Source: Candidatus Latescibacterota bacterium (GTDB lineage Bacteria > Latescibacterota > UBA2968). From it: a stretch of 64,000 nucleotides of DNA. The position numbers and the translations under genes are program-made. The notes under the pieces are model-generated. The model did not search any database, had not been told where the DNA came from, and saw nothing but the letters and a program-made list of their open reading frames with translations. The DNA lies in contig OZ242311.1 in the NCBI GenBank assembly GCA_965207885.1, positions 3,840,001 through 3,904,000 of the forward strand, given 5' to 3'. Below, piece by piece: positions 29,437 to 40,017 of this stretch (position 1 is its first letter; every line of letters begins with the position of its first letter).

Positions 29437-31398
29437 TCACCACCCGTGTACCCCATGCCCCGCATCTGGAAACCAGATTATATCCACCACCTTGGAGACC
29501 CCAATCCCGAACAAATATCCCACAATTGCCCCGTACCAAAACGGTAGCGACCGCCGATAAAGACTCACGCCCCCAAACTGTATGACAAAGGTCTTCATCA
29601 ACCACACAATCAGCAAACAAAATCCGTATCGCCCCACGGGCAAAGCAATCGCCGCTGGGTGAAAAGGCCACCAGGACACCCGCGCCTTCAAATAAGTTAG
29701 CACGCCTGCCTCTGCAAACCCAAAAAACCACACCCCCAACTTCTGCGGATCGAATACCGTCAACTTGCTCCCCTCAATCAACGACACCCTGCCCATCAAC
29801 ACACCCCAGTCCCACAGCGCCATGTGTCCATTCAGACCGCCCTCGGTATAACACCGGTAAAGCTGTGCGCCCACAGAAACCACAAAACCCGTCACAAACG
29901 CCACCGGGATGCACCCCCAGATCAGCGGATGCCGCCGCAGGTGATCGCCCAACATCCGAAAAAAATGCGTCACCGACGGAATACACGTAATCCGAATCGA
30001 CACCCCGCAAAGCGCGTTGCTATTCACCAGCCAGATAGACGTCTGCGTCGCAGGTGGCAGATTCGACGTTCCGCCCAGCGCCAGGAGCACATCGGCTCCC
30101 TTTCCACCCGCAGGAGACAAAAAAATAAAACCCGTAGTCGCCGCGTATTTGGTAATCCCAAAAAAACAGATAAACAGCAACAATAACTGCACCAGCATCA
30201 CGGGAAACCGCATACCGGCAGACACCATCCACCCGCCCAAAAACACCGCCGAAGACAACAATCCCAGCCACGCCGTGCGATAAGAAACTGGTGCGCCATC
30301 ATCGTCCATGCCCCCCCTTTCAAACGCCTTTTGCAGCGTCTCCCGCAAATGCCCCCTGGCGACCCACACCGACCATCCCACCAGAAAAACCAGCGCCCCG
30401 TGCGATTCCAGCATCGCGATCTCGCCACCCATCGCCGGTTGCCCGGGCAAACCCACCGTAAACCCCGTGCGGTTCAGCAACCCCTTTTTCAAAATATTCA
30501 CAAAATCGTAAAACCAGAAACTGAACAGAATATCCAGCGGGCACAAATACGCCAGCCCCATAATCATCGGCTGCACCCGCAAAAAATAATCTGGAAAATG
30601 ATGTCCCAGAGGCACGGCTTTGTACGTGGTAGAATAAAACAGGGTAATAGGCGGCAAGCTGAGCGCGAAATACCCGATGATATTCCAGCCAATAATCCCC
30701 GCCACGAAACCGAACCCAATCCAGAACACCTTATTCTTAAACACATCCGGCACCCGACTGCCTGCAGACTGCCTGAGCATATCCATCGGGAACGTCGCTA
30801 TCGGAAAAACCAGCCGCTCCTTCTCGTGCCACTGTTTGTAAAAAATTACACTCGAAAAAAACCCTGCCCCAACCAGCGACAAACACGCCATCAACCACCA
30901 GAACAGCGGCCGGACCCAGGCCAGCCACGGGATAGCCCCATCCACCTCCACCCCGGTAAACAACTGCCCGATCACCGCCTCCGATTCCTCGGGAAACAGC
31001 CAGCGCGGGAAATAGGGCATCACCACCTCTCGCATCCGGTTCTCAGGCGAGGCATAGTGAGCCGGAGCCGCAATATCGGTCACCATATACATCGCCCACC
31101 CAATACCCGGCAAATTTCCCACCAACCACACCATGAAAAACACCGTCAACATCTCCATCCGGGACAGTGCCCACCCCCGCGCAAACAGCTTCAACACCGT
31201 ATTGATCCCCAGCCACACCACAAACGGCAGAGCCACTGCTACGGGCATGTAATTCTTCACCAGATTCCGCCCGAAATAGGACATGAAAAGCGCCATCCCC
31301 ACAATCGTGAGCACACCTATCACCAGCGCGCGTCCCGTCACCCGTTCTCGGAGTACTCCAGATTGTTCTTCCACCACCTGCTTTTCATCGATAGCCAT
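29437..31398 (-). CDS. DUF6785/DUF6784-type membrane protein (second paralog)
   Basis: YASPEN, KQWHEKERLVFP, WWPFHP motifs; many TM helices. Confidence 0.8.
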   Translation of the reverse strand: MAIDEKQVVEEQSGVLRERVTGRALVIGVLTIVGMALFMSYFGRNLVKNYMPVAVALPFVVWLGINTVLKLFARGWALSRMEMLTVFFMVWLVGNLPGIGWAMYMVTDIAAPAHYASPENRMREVVMPYFPRWLFPEESEAVIGQLFTGVEVDGAIPWLAWVRPLFWWLMACLSLVGAGFFSSVIFYKQWHEKERLVFPIATFPMDMLRQSAGSRVPDVFKNKVFWIGFGFVAGIIGWNIIGYFALSLPPITLFYSTTYKAVPLGHHFPDYFLRVQPMIMGLAYLCPLDILFSFWFYDFVNILKKGLLNRTGFTVGLPGQPAMGGEIAMLESHGALVFLVGWSVWVARGHLRETLQKAFERGGMDDDGAPVSYRTAWLGLLSSAVFLGGWMVSAGMRFPVMLVQLLLLFICFFGITKYAATTGFIFLSPAGGKGADVLLALGGTSNLPPATQTSIWLVNSNALCGVSIRITCIPSVTHFFRMLGDHLRRHPLIWGCIPVAFVTGFVVSVGAQLYRCYTEGGLNGHMALWDWGVLMGRVSLIEGSKLTVFDPQKLGVWFFGFAEAGVLTYLKARVSWWPFHPAAIALPVGRYGFCLLIVWLMKTFVIQFGGVSLYRRSLPFWYGAIVGYLFGIGVSKVVDIIWFPDAGHGVHGW

Positions 31399-31414
31399 CT
31401 CCCACCCTTTTTGG

Positions 31415-32683
31415 TCATCGCAATTGCTTCAACAAGCCCAAAGCCGCATCGACAATCTGCTCGCCACACCCCGGCGCAAAGACGCTCGCCTCCGGCTCAT
31501 ATCCCCCTTCTTCATAAGACTGCCTCGTCGGCAAATACCCCACCGAATCATTGGCTAACTCGATCACTATAGTCTGCGAAAACGGAGATCGGGCTTTCAA
31601 ATCCAACCCCAGTTCCACCAGCAACTCCCCCGGCACAGCCGCAATCCCCAGGTCCCCGATGCGAAGTGCCTGCACCCATGTCCGCACCCGATCCGGCACA
31701 TCGGCCATACGCCTGGTTATTCGGCGCACAAAAGCGCGCTCGGCCATCGTGGGCCGCTCCATATCCCCAATCTCCCTCACCCGCGCAAGGTCAGCCTCAG
31801 AAGGTGCTGGCTTGCGCGCCAGAACCACCTCTTGCATCGCCGCCCCAAGAGACACATCGGACGCAAAATCCATCTCATTCCACGCCCACAGAACGCCCGC
31901 TGCAATCAAACCCGCCACCCGTTCCGCATGCAGAGAACGGTCTTTCACAGGGCGCTTATCCCCCAGCACATCTATATTATTGATATCCCCACACGCGCCA
32001 TTTGAAAGCGCAGCGACAAAAGAGGCATTCCGCATCCGCTGAATCAGCGTTGAAAAAATCCCAAAATAATCCGCAGAAATCGAATACGTGGATTCGGGCA
32101 TACCGATATAATGCAGCGCGTAATTGGCCAGCAAACCAATCACCTCTCCGTCAACGCCTTGAAAACACAGCACGCCGATCTCCGGGTCAATCGGTCCCAT
32201 TGGCGCCATCACATCGGGATTGCCCACCCCCGGGTTCGTGCGCACCGATCCGTCGCGCATGCGATAGCGGCGGTTAAAAACCACGCGGTCTTCAAAAGCC
32301 CGACCAAACCCCACCTGCGCTGGCTTTCGGTTCTGCCACGCCAGCCTCACCGCATCGGCAATCCGATCAATCAAAAACGCCGTATAAGCATCATCGCCCG
32401 TGACAGCCCCCGTGTGCGTATGCGTGCAAGAGATCAAAACCCGTTCTGCACTCAGTTCCGTCTCCTTCGCGATCCGTTCCTTAGCGCGGTCCAGGTAATC
32501 CCGCTTCACCCCGATCAAATCGCACACCGCAATTGCCACACCTTCCCCTTCTCGTTCCACCACAAAACTGCGCACATGCAATGGATCGCGCACCTTTTCT
32601 GCGAACCGATCCTCAAACGATCCCGGAATCATCGTACCCAGCGGTGGTGTAATATCCAGACATGCAACCCCTGCGGTGATCAT
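31415..32683 (-). CDS. Neutral/alkaline ceramidase-like metallo-amidohydrolase
   Basis: DITPPLG, DPL.VR, SCTHTHTG, FNRR, GPIDP, NYALH, GACGDIN, PGE, GYLPT...EGGYE. Confidence 0.8.
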   Translation of the reverse strand: MITAGVACLDITPPLGTMIPGSFEDRFAEKVRDPLHVRSFVVEREGEGVAIAVCDLIGVKRDYLDRAKERIAKETELSAERVLISCTHTHTGAVTGDDAYTAFLIDRIADAVRLAWQNRKPAQVGFGRAFEDRVVFNRRYRMRDGSVRTNPGVGNPDVMAPMGPIDPEIGVLCFQGVDGEVIGLLANYALHYIGMPESTYSISADYFGIFSTLIQRMRNASFVAALSNGACGDINNIDVLGDKRPVKDRSLHAERVAGLIAAGVLWAWNEMDFASDVSLGAAMQEVVLARKPAPSEADLARVREIGDMERPTMAERAFVRRITRRMADVPDRVRTWVQALRIGDLGIAAVPGELLVELGLDLKARSPFSQTIVIELANDSVGYLPTRQSYEEGGYEPEASVFAPGCGEQIVDAALGLLKQLR

Positions 32684-32706
32684 AGAACACTCCTTTTAAA
32701 AAAATC

Positions 32707-34932
32707 CTACGCTTTCTTCATTGCTTGTAGCGAGCGCCACGAATGAATCCCCGTTCGCCCCCAGGCTATCTCGGAAGGTACCGACTCATTGCCCGCCCGA
32801 TCCACGGCCGTCACGCGGTAATAATACGTTGTCGAACACCAGTAAGGCGTGGCTGAAGGCAACCCCCAGTCAATCCACCCCGGCTCTGAGGGTGAGGCAA
32901 TCAGGGTGCGCTGGTCGCAGACAAAATTGGGATCTGTGCTGGTGTACACATTGTAGTGATGGAAATCCGGATCCGACACAGGTGCCCAGGTCACCTGTAA
33001 TTCCGACACATCGCCAGTCTCCACATCTACCCCCGTCACCTGCGCAGGAGCCACCACATCTTCCCCACCCCTTTCGGAAGGGAGATATGCGGTATCATCA
33101 GTCAGCAGCAATTGATCCAGCTTCACATCCCGATCTGATGTTGTCGCCGTCAACACATGCGCGCCCCCATCCAGATTCAGCACAACAGGTCTTCCGCGCG
33201 CGTCCAGCACCCGCACCCATCCCCAACCATCTACCACTGCCTCACAGCACCCCACCTCCCGGTCATCACATCGTATATTGAATCCCAAAATGCGACCCAG
33301 TTTTCCTGCTACCCGCGCCCACAGACCATAGGATCCGGACCTGGGCACATCCACATCCATGTGTACCCGTCCCGACTGCTCACTATCCTTCAACGACACA
33401 AAATACAGATTGGACGCTCGTCCATCGAACTGGTCGGTTAGCCCTTCTCGCCGCCCCAGTTCCGGTTCGACAAATAGCCGCACAGGCTCTTCCCAAGGCT
33501 CACTTCCCACCCGCACTTCAGCAGAAGGTCGCCCCTCCAGACCGGAATATTCCACCATTGCCACCCGGTAAAACGCCGTACCCTCCCTGTGCGTTCTGTC
33601 TTCAAAAGCCCCCTCAATCACAATCCCCTCGCTGATCTGCTCAAATCCCTCGCCCGATTCTCGACTTCGGTAAACGTAATATCCCTTCGACTCTTTTGAG
33701 CGCGCGGGACGTTCCCACGTCAGCCTTACCCCCTGATCGCCCCATTCAGCCCGTAATCCTACCGGTGGATCGGGTCTTCTCAGCACAACCACATACACCT
33801 CGCCCCACAGCCCCACCATATCCGAATCAAAAACCACCTTGGTCCCATCGGGACTCACAATCGGCGCCGGATGCGTGGACTCGGCATCCGGATGCATTGC
33901 GTCCCAGCCCTGATAGGAGCTATTGTGGTGACAGATCCGGTGAATTCGCCCCCGCTCTTCAGTATGAATCAGCAAAATCTGATTGGCGTATGGCCCTCTA
34001 TCCGTCACATCTGAAACAATCCACTCGTTATCAAAACTCCATCCCCCGTGCATGCCACCCGACAGATCGACGACCTGTCGCTTATTCGTGCCATCTTTAT
34101 CCATCACCCAGATACTCGACTCTGAAGCATAAGACCATGCATGCCCGTCGTGCGCCCAATCCGGATGTCCCGCCTGTCCACAGGGCAACTCTGTTTTACC
34201 CGTTCCATCCGCCTGGATGATATAACTGCCCAGCCTCACCTCTTTGACCGGATCGTTCAAATTGTAAAAGATGGAATAATCTGCCCCCCGCGTGAACCGC
34301 AGCCGGTGAATATTGCCCTCAATGGGTACTTCTCGCTGTTTTCCGCTCTGGATATCGATCAGATAAACCGTCCACACCTTTTGATCCGGATCCTTTCGCC
34401 CCCGCACCAGGAGTTTCTTCTCATCGCTGCTCGGCGGACAAAACTCCACGTTGTGTTGCAGATCTACCGACGCGAGTTCGCACCTTTTTCCCGTCTTTAC
34501 ATTGACTGAACAGAATACCGTTCGAGAGCCGCGATTGGCGGAATAATACATCAAGTCCGGCTCCAAACCACTCCACAAAGGCCGCGGCACCCGTCCTTCT
34601 TCGCCGCGAATATGCAATTCCCGAATTCGCCCTCCATCCGCATCCATAAGCCAGTTTCCCCCGTGTTCGCCCGGTCGCCGCGACACAAAAAACAATGCGG
34701 AACCATCGGCATTCCACGCTGGAATATCGTAATAAATATGCCGCGAAATCGCCGGATCATGCGTCAGTTTCCACACCTCGGCATGCGTTCCCGTATCCCG
34801 AAAAATCGTGCGCTCAGATGCGTAAGCATCTCCATTTTTCAGCTTCTCATACGGCTTATGCCCGTCCCGCACCGAAAGCGCCTCCAGGTTGTGTGAGCGG
34901 TCAATGGCCATGTCAAATCTCCTTTTTTTCAT
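32707..34932 (-). CDS. PL22/TolB-like propeller fused to Fn3 and CBM-like domains
   Basis: D..T..EVWKLT, YYDIPAW, GHPDW, THPAPIVSPDGTKVVFDSD, then Fn3 repeats (YYYRVTAVDRAGNES). Confidence 0.7.
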   Translation of the reverse strand: MKKRRFDMAIDRSHNLEALSVRDGHKPYEKLKNGDAYASERTIFRDTGTHAEVWKLTHDPAISRHIYYDIPAWNADGSALFFVSRRPGEHGGNWLMDADGGRIRELHIRGEEGRVPRPLWSGLEPDLMYYSANRGSRTVFCSVNVKTGKRCELASVDLQHNVEFCPPSSDEKKLLVRGRKDPDQKVWTVYLIDIQSGKQREVPIEGNIHRLRFTRGADYSIFYNLNDPVKEVRLGSYIIQADGTGKTELPCGQAGHPDWAHDGHAWSYASESSIWVMDKDGTNKRQVVDLSGGMHGGWSFDNEWIVSDVTDRGPYANQILLIHTEERGRIHRICHHNSSYQGWDAMHPDAESTHPAPIVSPDGTKVVFDSDMVGLWGEVYVVVLRRPDPPVGLRAEWGDQGVRLTWERPARSKESKGYYVYRSRESGEGFEQISEGIVIEGAFEDRTHREGTAFYRVAMVEYSGLEGRPSAEVRVGSEPWEEPVRLFVEPELGRREGLTDQFDGRASNLYFVSLKDSEQSGRVHMDVDVPRSGSYGLWARVAGKLGRILGFNIRCDDREVGCCEAVVDGWGWVRVLDARGRPVVLNLDGGAHVLTATTSDRDVKLDQLLLTDDTAYLPSERGGEDVVAPAQVTGVDVETGDVSELQVTWAPVSDPDFHHYNVYTSTDPNFVCDQRTLIASPSEPGWIDWGLPSATPYWCSTTYYYRVTAVDRAGNESVPSEIAWGRTGIHSWRSLQAMKKA

Positions 34933-35790
34933 TCAACCCATTTCAAACTGTCGCTTCAAAAACTCAACAGTCTCCCAGTAAAACCGCGCCTGAATCGCCC
35001 CTTGATCCTCCTCTAACACATCCTCTCGCATCCGCACCACGCACTCCACGCCCAGCGCATCCATCTTCTCCTTCAGCACCTGTCCGAATATCGGATGGTG
35101 GATTCCCCGCCCCGCATCCGGCTCGGGATCCATCGGCAAATTTGGCGTGGTGTACCACAACATCACGGGCGGCGCGTCTTTAGACACATAATTGATTGCC
35201 GAAGCCGCTTCAAACATCGCCCGGGCCTCTGGCTTGTTGAATTCCTCGGGCGAAAATCCAAAAAATAATTGCAGCGCCTCGTGTGCATACGCCGGCCCCG
35301 AAATAATCGTCCGAATAAAATGCGGATCGTAAGAACACTGCCCCTGCCACGACGCCACGCACGTCAACCGCGTGGATTGCCGGGCCACCGGATCTTCGCT
35401 TTCCGGCTCTGCTTCTTCCCCGCGAAACCCGATCCACATCGAAATCCCGGCCCCCGCAGATCCACCTCCAGCCGCCACTCGAGAAGCGTCCAAATTCCAC
35501 TCCTCTGCCTTCGACCGGATAAACTGAATTGCCCGCCGGCTGTGCTCCATCGCCGCCGGATACCGGTCCGTTCCCGAAAGCGGATAATTGATCGCCGCCA
35601 CAGAAATACCCGCCTTCAGACAGCCTTTTAGCAACACCTGCGAAATTCCTGCTTTGTCCCCACCCCGAAATCCTCCGCCGTGAATATACATATACACCGG
35701 TGTCGGACCTTCCGAATCTGCCTGATACAGATCCACCACATCCCGCTCGTGATCTCCATACGCCATATCTTGAAAAGTCGGTTCGCCCAT
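34933..35790 (-). CDS. Alpha/beta hydrolase (HSL-like esterase)
   Basis: HGGGF oxyanion motif, GGSAG nucleophile, C-terminal His. Confidence 0.9.
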   Translation of the reverse strand: MGEPTFQDMAYGDHERDVVDLYQADSEGPTPVYMYIHGGGFRGGDKAGISQVLLKGCLKAGISVAAINYPLSGTDRYPAAMEHSRRAIQFIRSKAEEWNLDASRVAAGGGSAGAGISMWIGFRGEEAEPESEDPVARQSTRLTCVASWQGQCSYDPHFIRTIISGPAYAHEALQLFFGFSPEEFNKPEARAMFEAASAINYVSKDAPPVMLWYTTPNLPMDPEPDAGRGIHHPIFGQVLKEKMDALGVECVVRMREDVLEEDQGAIQARFYWETVEFLKRQFEMG

Positions 35791-35812
35791 TTTTCCCCCT
35801 TGAAAATCTCAG

Positions 35813-36628
35813 TTATACATCCTCGAAATTGTACGTATAAGGTTTCCGATAGCATTGGTCGAGCTTACCGCGCCACTCGCCTAAAACGCCCCGCAGATCG
35901 GAATTCCGTATATTCTGGAGAAACCATTCGGGAACCTCGTAATGCCGCATATTACAGTAGAAGGGCGGAATAAATGTATAAGTCATCGAATACCGCGTAT
36001 TCTCGGTCAGGATATGGGGCGCCGAATGCATCAGCGATTCCGTAAACAAGAACGCGTCTCCTGCCCTGCAAGTGGCCTCAATAGGCTCACAGGACTTACT
36101 CACTTCCGAGTAGTCACCGTGAACCTTGTGCGACTTATCCATAGCCCAGGTCCCACCATCACCAGGTCCCACATCCGTCAGGAACACAAAGAAATTCAGA
36201 TAAGGGAAATGATGCATTCCCGGGTGACGCTCGTCTTCGTACATTCCCCACTTTGGAGCACTACCGCGATGCCAGCCCTTTCTGTAGCTCATATCTTCCT
36301 TGTATCTTTGGACCTCTTCAGCGTTATGACGAAAATCAGCAGGTCGCTTTATAAAAGCCCAGGAATTCTTGAGTGTGGCTGCAATACCGCCGATCTCGGT
36401 ATAAGCTTCCAGAATGCAGGGGATTTTGATGAACTCGATAAAAGAATCATCTCGAAGAATGAGGGTATCTATTCGAGTGGTCGTCATGTCATTGCCCGTC
36501 AGCGACCAAATACCAGACGCGATGCGGTCTAACGTGGATTTGTAAGCATTTATTTTTTTGGCATCCAATACCCCCTCCAGTCGCACCCAACCGTGTTCTT
36601 CAAAATGCTGACGCATTTCTGATATCAT
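35813..36628 (-). CDS. PhyH-family Fe(II)/2OG enzyme (HxG motif)
   Basis: FEEHGW, GWHRG, FLTDVGPGDGGT...SHK, AGDA.LF.ESLMHSA. Confidence 0.82.
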   Translation of the reverse strand: MISEMRQHFEEHGWVRLEGVLDAKKINAYKSTLDRIASGIWSLTGNDMTTTRIDTLILRDDSFIEFIKIPCILEAYTEIGGIAATLKNSWAFIKRPADFRHNAEEVQRYKEDMSYRKGWHRGSAPKWGMYEDERHPGMHHFPYLNFFVFLTDVGPGDGGTWAMDKSHKVHGDYSEVSKSCEPIEATCRAGDAFLFTESLMHSAPHILTENTRYSMTYTFIPPFYCNMRHYEVPEWFLQNIRNSDLRGVLGEWRGKLDQCYRKPYTYNFEDV

Positions 36629-38904
36629 AACCCTCTCCTTTTAACCCAGATTGGACTCGACCATGCGAAATCGCCCTGTGCCACCTGCAAATTTCCACAG
36701 CGCCCGCCCATCGGCACCCGGCTAAGCGGCTTTAGTCTAACCTCTACATAATAAAAATGTTCTCCAACGCCTGGCTCGTCCTCAAACCTCAAAACGGCCT
36801 GTTCTTTTCCGACCCATTGCTCCTGTACCTGCTCTCCATCCCTGAACAGCGCAATCTCCTGCACCATTCGGGATGCCTGCACCCTGCAGATTAAGTGTAC
36901 CTGTCCAGCCACCCGCACCTCCGATCCCATGGGCATTCCATTCACCCGCAGATCCAGCATAACACGAGCACCGTTGGTTGCAAAACACCGCCGTGCCCAC
37001 AGAGCTTCAAATAGTGCCTCTCGGGTCAACGCCTCTGCCCACACCCCCGTCAGAGCACCCCCCATCCCGGGCACAATCCGATGGGAATCGCTATTCCCCA
37101 TAAACGCCAGACGATAGCCCTGCCGCAGTGCCTCTGGAATCGTATCCCGCATCTGAATGTAAATATCCCAACACGAACACAGTTCCACGCCCCCGAGCCG
37201 ACTGCTCGGAATCACCCACCATGTGGGATGGTGCGGAAAAGTGAAAGCCCGCGTCCTCTCCATCGCTGCCACCCACTTCTCCAGTGTATCCGCATCGGAC
37301 TCAGTAAAATGATACAGCGGCATTTCTCCGTCCGGAAATAGCATAATCCGATGGTTCGGTCCGCTCTCCGATTCTTTGCGATAGGTGCGCTCATAAGCGG
37401 GAACGGCCACAAATCGTCCCGGATCGTTAAAGTGATCGGCCTCCGCCAGGATCAACTCGAGCTCAGATGGCGTGAGAATATTATCGTAAAGCGCATCATT
37501 ATCCGTCACCGCCATAAAATCCAGCCGTGCTTTGTAGCGCCCATACGCGTAATTCTCGTCGATCTCGCCCTCTGCATCACCCGATAGATTGCCATGACAG
37601 TGGAGGTCCCCCCAATAAAGCTTATAGGTCTTTCCCCCCACCTCTATTTCGGGCCGCTGATCAAACACAGGCGGTTCGGACAGTCGGATCGGTCGCCACG
37701 ACCGCCATGCCGAGACCGGACGTTCCTCCACAGGCTGCGCCTGATCCAGCGGCAAACTTCCGGCACAGATATCTGCATAATATCGCCCCTCGGAAATCTG
37801 GGCGGCAAATGGCAACCTCCCATCCACCACAGGTAAATCTCCATTCACCGTATAGGCGTGTACCCGCCCATCTACCTCACAGGACCGCCCCTGATTTCTC
37901 CCGGTCAGGGGCCGGGCGTAAAACAGCGCATCCGGACCGTGCTGGTTGACCAACTCATCCTCTTTGCGCTCATAAAGAACCCAGACATCCCCATTCGTTT
38001 CTCGCACAATCTGCGGCCGTCGCCGCCATCCCACAAACCCCATATAATGCTCGCGCCCCAGCAATCCATCGTAGAGATGCGCCACATACCCTCCGGGCAT
38101 AGTGCGATCCGGGCCCCTGTAGGGCGTCCAGGACCGACCGTCAAAATGCGAAGCCATCGCCTCCACTTTGTGATCCACAAATCCTTTGGGATGGATCACA
38201 TCGCGCGTGACCGCCCACGTCGCCCAGACCCCGCCCGAACCATCGGGACACAACCTCGGAAATAACTCCCAGTCATCTGTAAGCGAAAACTTCCTCGGCT
38301 TTCCAATCCCATCCGGCGTCCACTTTCTCAAAAACAGATCACAGGCCCCATTACGGAGCGTCTGGTAAGCCACCCAGGCACCCCTGGCATGACCACACAG
38401 CACGGGCCGATAGTGATCTCCCCCACCCTGCGACAGATCCACGGTCTCAGCCCAGCGATCCCCATCCAGACATCGCCCAAACACCCGACGCCTTCTACCC
38501 ACCAGCGCTGTCCAAACCACCCATATCCTGCCCTCACCATCTGAAGTCACATTTGGGAAAGCCAGACTCGCATCCGCCTCGGCCAGCCGCACCACCTCGC
38601 CCATTTCGTCTGCCGATCGGGCCAGCACACACCACCGTCCCTCCCGCACAGCGCACCACACCACCCACACTGCACCGCCCCCGCACGCAATCCGCGGCTG
38701 AAAATTGATCCCCGCCTCTTCGCTCACTACCAGCAGAGGACCTCGCTGCTGGCCCTTAAAAGACCGCACCAGAATCCGGTCTTCTTTGGGTCTGTACCCA
38801 TGCCATGCCACCCAGAATCGACCAGATCCATCCACAGTCAGCGCCGGGTCTTTATCCACATGCCCGCGGCGATGCTCTGACAATCGAATTTGCAAACGCT
38901 CCAT
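36625..38904 (-). CDS. DUF3604 / CehA-McbA-like PHP metallohydrolase with N-terminal propeller
   Basis: YWGDLHCH, DFMAVTD, NHR, PHH, GNSDSH, LTGVWAE.LTREA.FEAL.ARR.FAT, AWSSPIWV. Confidence 0.8.
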   Translation of the reverse strand: MERLQIRLSEHRRGHVDKDPALTVDGSGRFWVAWHGYRPKEDRILVRSFKGQQRGPLLVVSEEAGINFQPRIACGGGAVWVVWCAVREGRWCVLARSADEMGEVVRLAEADASLAFPNVTSDGEGRIWVVWTALVGRRRRVFGRCLDGDRWAETVDLSQGGGDHYRPVLCGHARGAWVAYQTLRNGACDLFLRKWTPDGIGKPRKFSLTDDWELFPRLCPDGSGGVWATWAVTRDVIHPKGFVDHKVEAMASHFDGRSWTPYRGPDRTMPGGYVAHLYDGLLGREHYMGFVGWRRRPQIVRETNGDVWVLYERKEDELVNQHGPDALFYARPLTGRNQGRSCEVDGRVHAYTVNGDLPVVDGRLPFAAQISEGRYYADICAGSLPLDQAQPVEERPVSAWRSWRPIRLSEPPVFDQRPEIEVGGKTYKLYWGDLHCHGNLSGDAEGEIDENYAYGRYKARLDFMAVTDNDALYDNILTPSELELILAEADHFNDPGRFVAVPAYERTYRKESESGPNHRIMLFPDGEMPLYHFTESDADTLEKWVAAMERTRAFTFPHHPTWWVIPSSRLGGVELCSCWDIYIQMRDTIPEALRQGYRLAFMGNSDSHRIVPGMGGALTGVWAEALTREALFEALWARRCFATNGARVMLDLRVNGMPMGSEVRVAGQVHLICRVQASRMVQEIALFRDGEQVQEQWVGKEQAVLRFEDEPGVGEHFYYVEVRLKPLSRVPMGGRCGNLQVAQGDFAWSSPIWVKRRGL
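38846..38888. repeat. 43-bp direct repeat, copy 1 (5' coding end of the DUF3604 gene)
   Basis: Identical except for 1 nt to 40822..40864. Confidence 0.9.
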
Positions 38905-38944
38905 ACTCTGCAATCCTTTCGTGAAACGTCCCCTTCCAAAAACA

Positions 38945-39982
38945 CTACGGTGTTTGAAATTTTCGGAATTTTGTCCGAAACCTCGGTGTTTCAAGCACAT
39001 CACGGTTCACCACGGCCTCGGGAATCTCACCCCGAAGAATCTGCGCGGCCTGGCGGAATTTATCGCGCCAGGCGCCTTCAAAGTATTCATCGGTATGCCC
39101 CAGAGAGTGCGGGGATACAACGACATTGTCCATTTTGAGGATCGGATTGTCGGGATCGACGGGCTCCTGTTCGAACACATCCAATCCGGCCCCTCGAATC
39201 CATCCTTGCTGCAGCGCCTGAATGAGCGCTGCTTCATCGACGACGGGGCCGCGCGAGGTGTTGATCAGGTAGGCCGTGGATTTCATTTTGCGCAATTCTT
39301 CTTTCCCAATCAGATGGTGTGTCTCTTCGCTAAATGGGACGCTGATGCTCAGGAAGTCAGACTCGGCCAGAATCGTATCCATATCTACCAGGTCTGCGCC
39401 GATATCGGACACGGCGTCCTGTTCTACGTAGGGGTCACAGGCCAGGTGCCGCATCCCGAACGGCCTGGCCAGTAAAAACACCTCGTGGCCGATGTTGCCG
39501 ACGCCGATGGAACCGAGGGTCTTGCCGGTCAGACCTTCACCGTGATACGCATCCCGTTCCGACCAGCGCTCCTGGCGGGTTATTCTATCCTTGTTAATGA
39601 GTCGCATCGCGAGCGCCAGAATGAAGGTGATGATGGTGCAGGCCATTGGCCGGCGAACCGCGTCGGGAGCAAAGCAGAGCATGACGCCCGCCTGAGTGAG
39701 AGCCTGAACATCGATGTGGTCGTATCCCACACCGGTGTAGAGGACTGCGATCAGTTGGTCGTTTTCCGAAAGTGAGCACTTTGTCCAGTGAGCGGTCCAG
39801 GAGATAACCATATCACATCCACGTATCTGTTCGGCGCCGACTTCCGGCAGAAACCGATCGAATATCCGGTACTCGACTTCGGGCATCTCATTGAGCAGTT
39901 CCAGCCCCGGGCCGGGAATGGCCAGATTTCCGGCCGGATCGAAGAAATCTCTGGTAATTCCGAGTCTGACTTTCCTCTCCAT
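38945..39982 (-). CDS. D-isomer-specific 2-hydroxyacid dehydrogenase family
   Basis: GVGYDHID, GVGNIG, INTSRGPVVDE, GAGLDVFEQEP, SPH. Confidence 0.93.
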   Translation of the reverse strand: MERKVRLGITRDFFDPAGNLAIPGPGLELLNEMPEVEYRIFDRFLPEVGAEQIRGCDMVISWTAHWTKCSLSENDQLIAVLYTGVGYDHIDVQALTQAGVMLCFAPDAVRRPMACTIITFILALAMRLINKDRITRQERWSERDAYHGEGLTGKTLGSIGVGNIGHEVFLLARPFGMRHLACDPYVEQDAVSDIGADLVDMDTILAESDFLSISVPFSEETHHLIGKEELRKMKSTAYLINTSRGPVVDEAALIQALQQGWIRGAGLDVFEQEPVDPDNPILKMDNVVVSPHSLGHTDEYFEGAWRDKFRQAAQILRGEIPEAVVNRDVLETPRFRTKFRKFQTP

Positions 39983-40017
39983 ATATTCTCTCCTGATTTC
40001 TTACTGGAGATCCCCGT

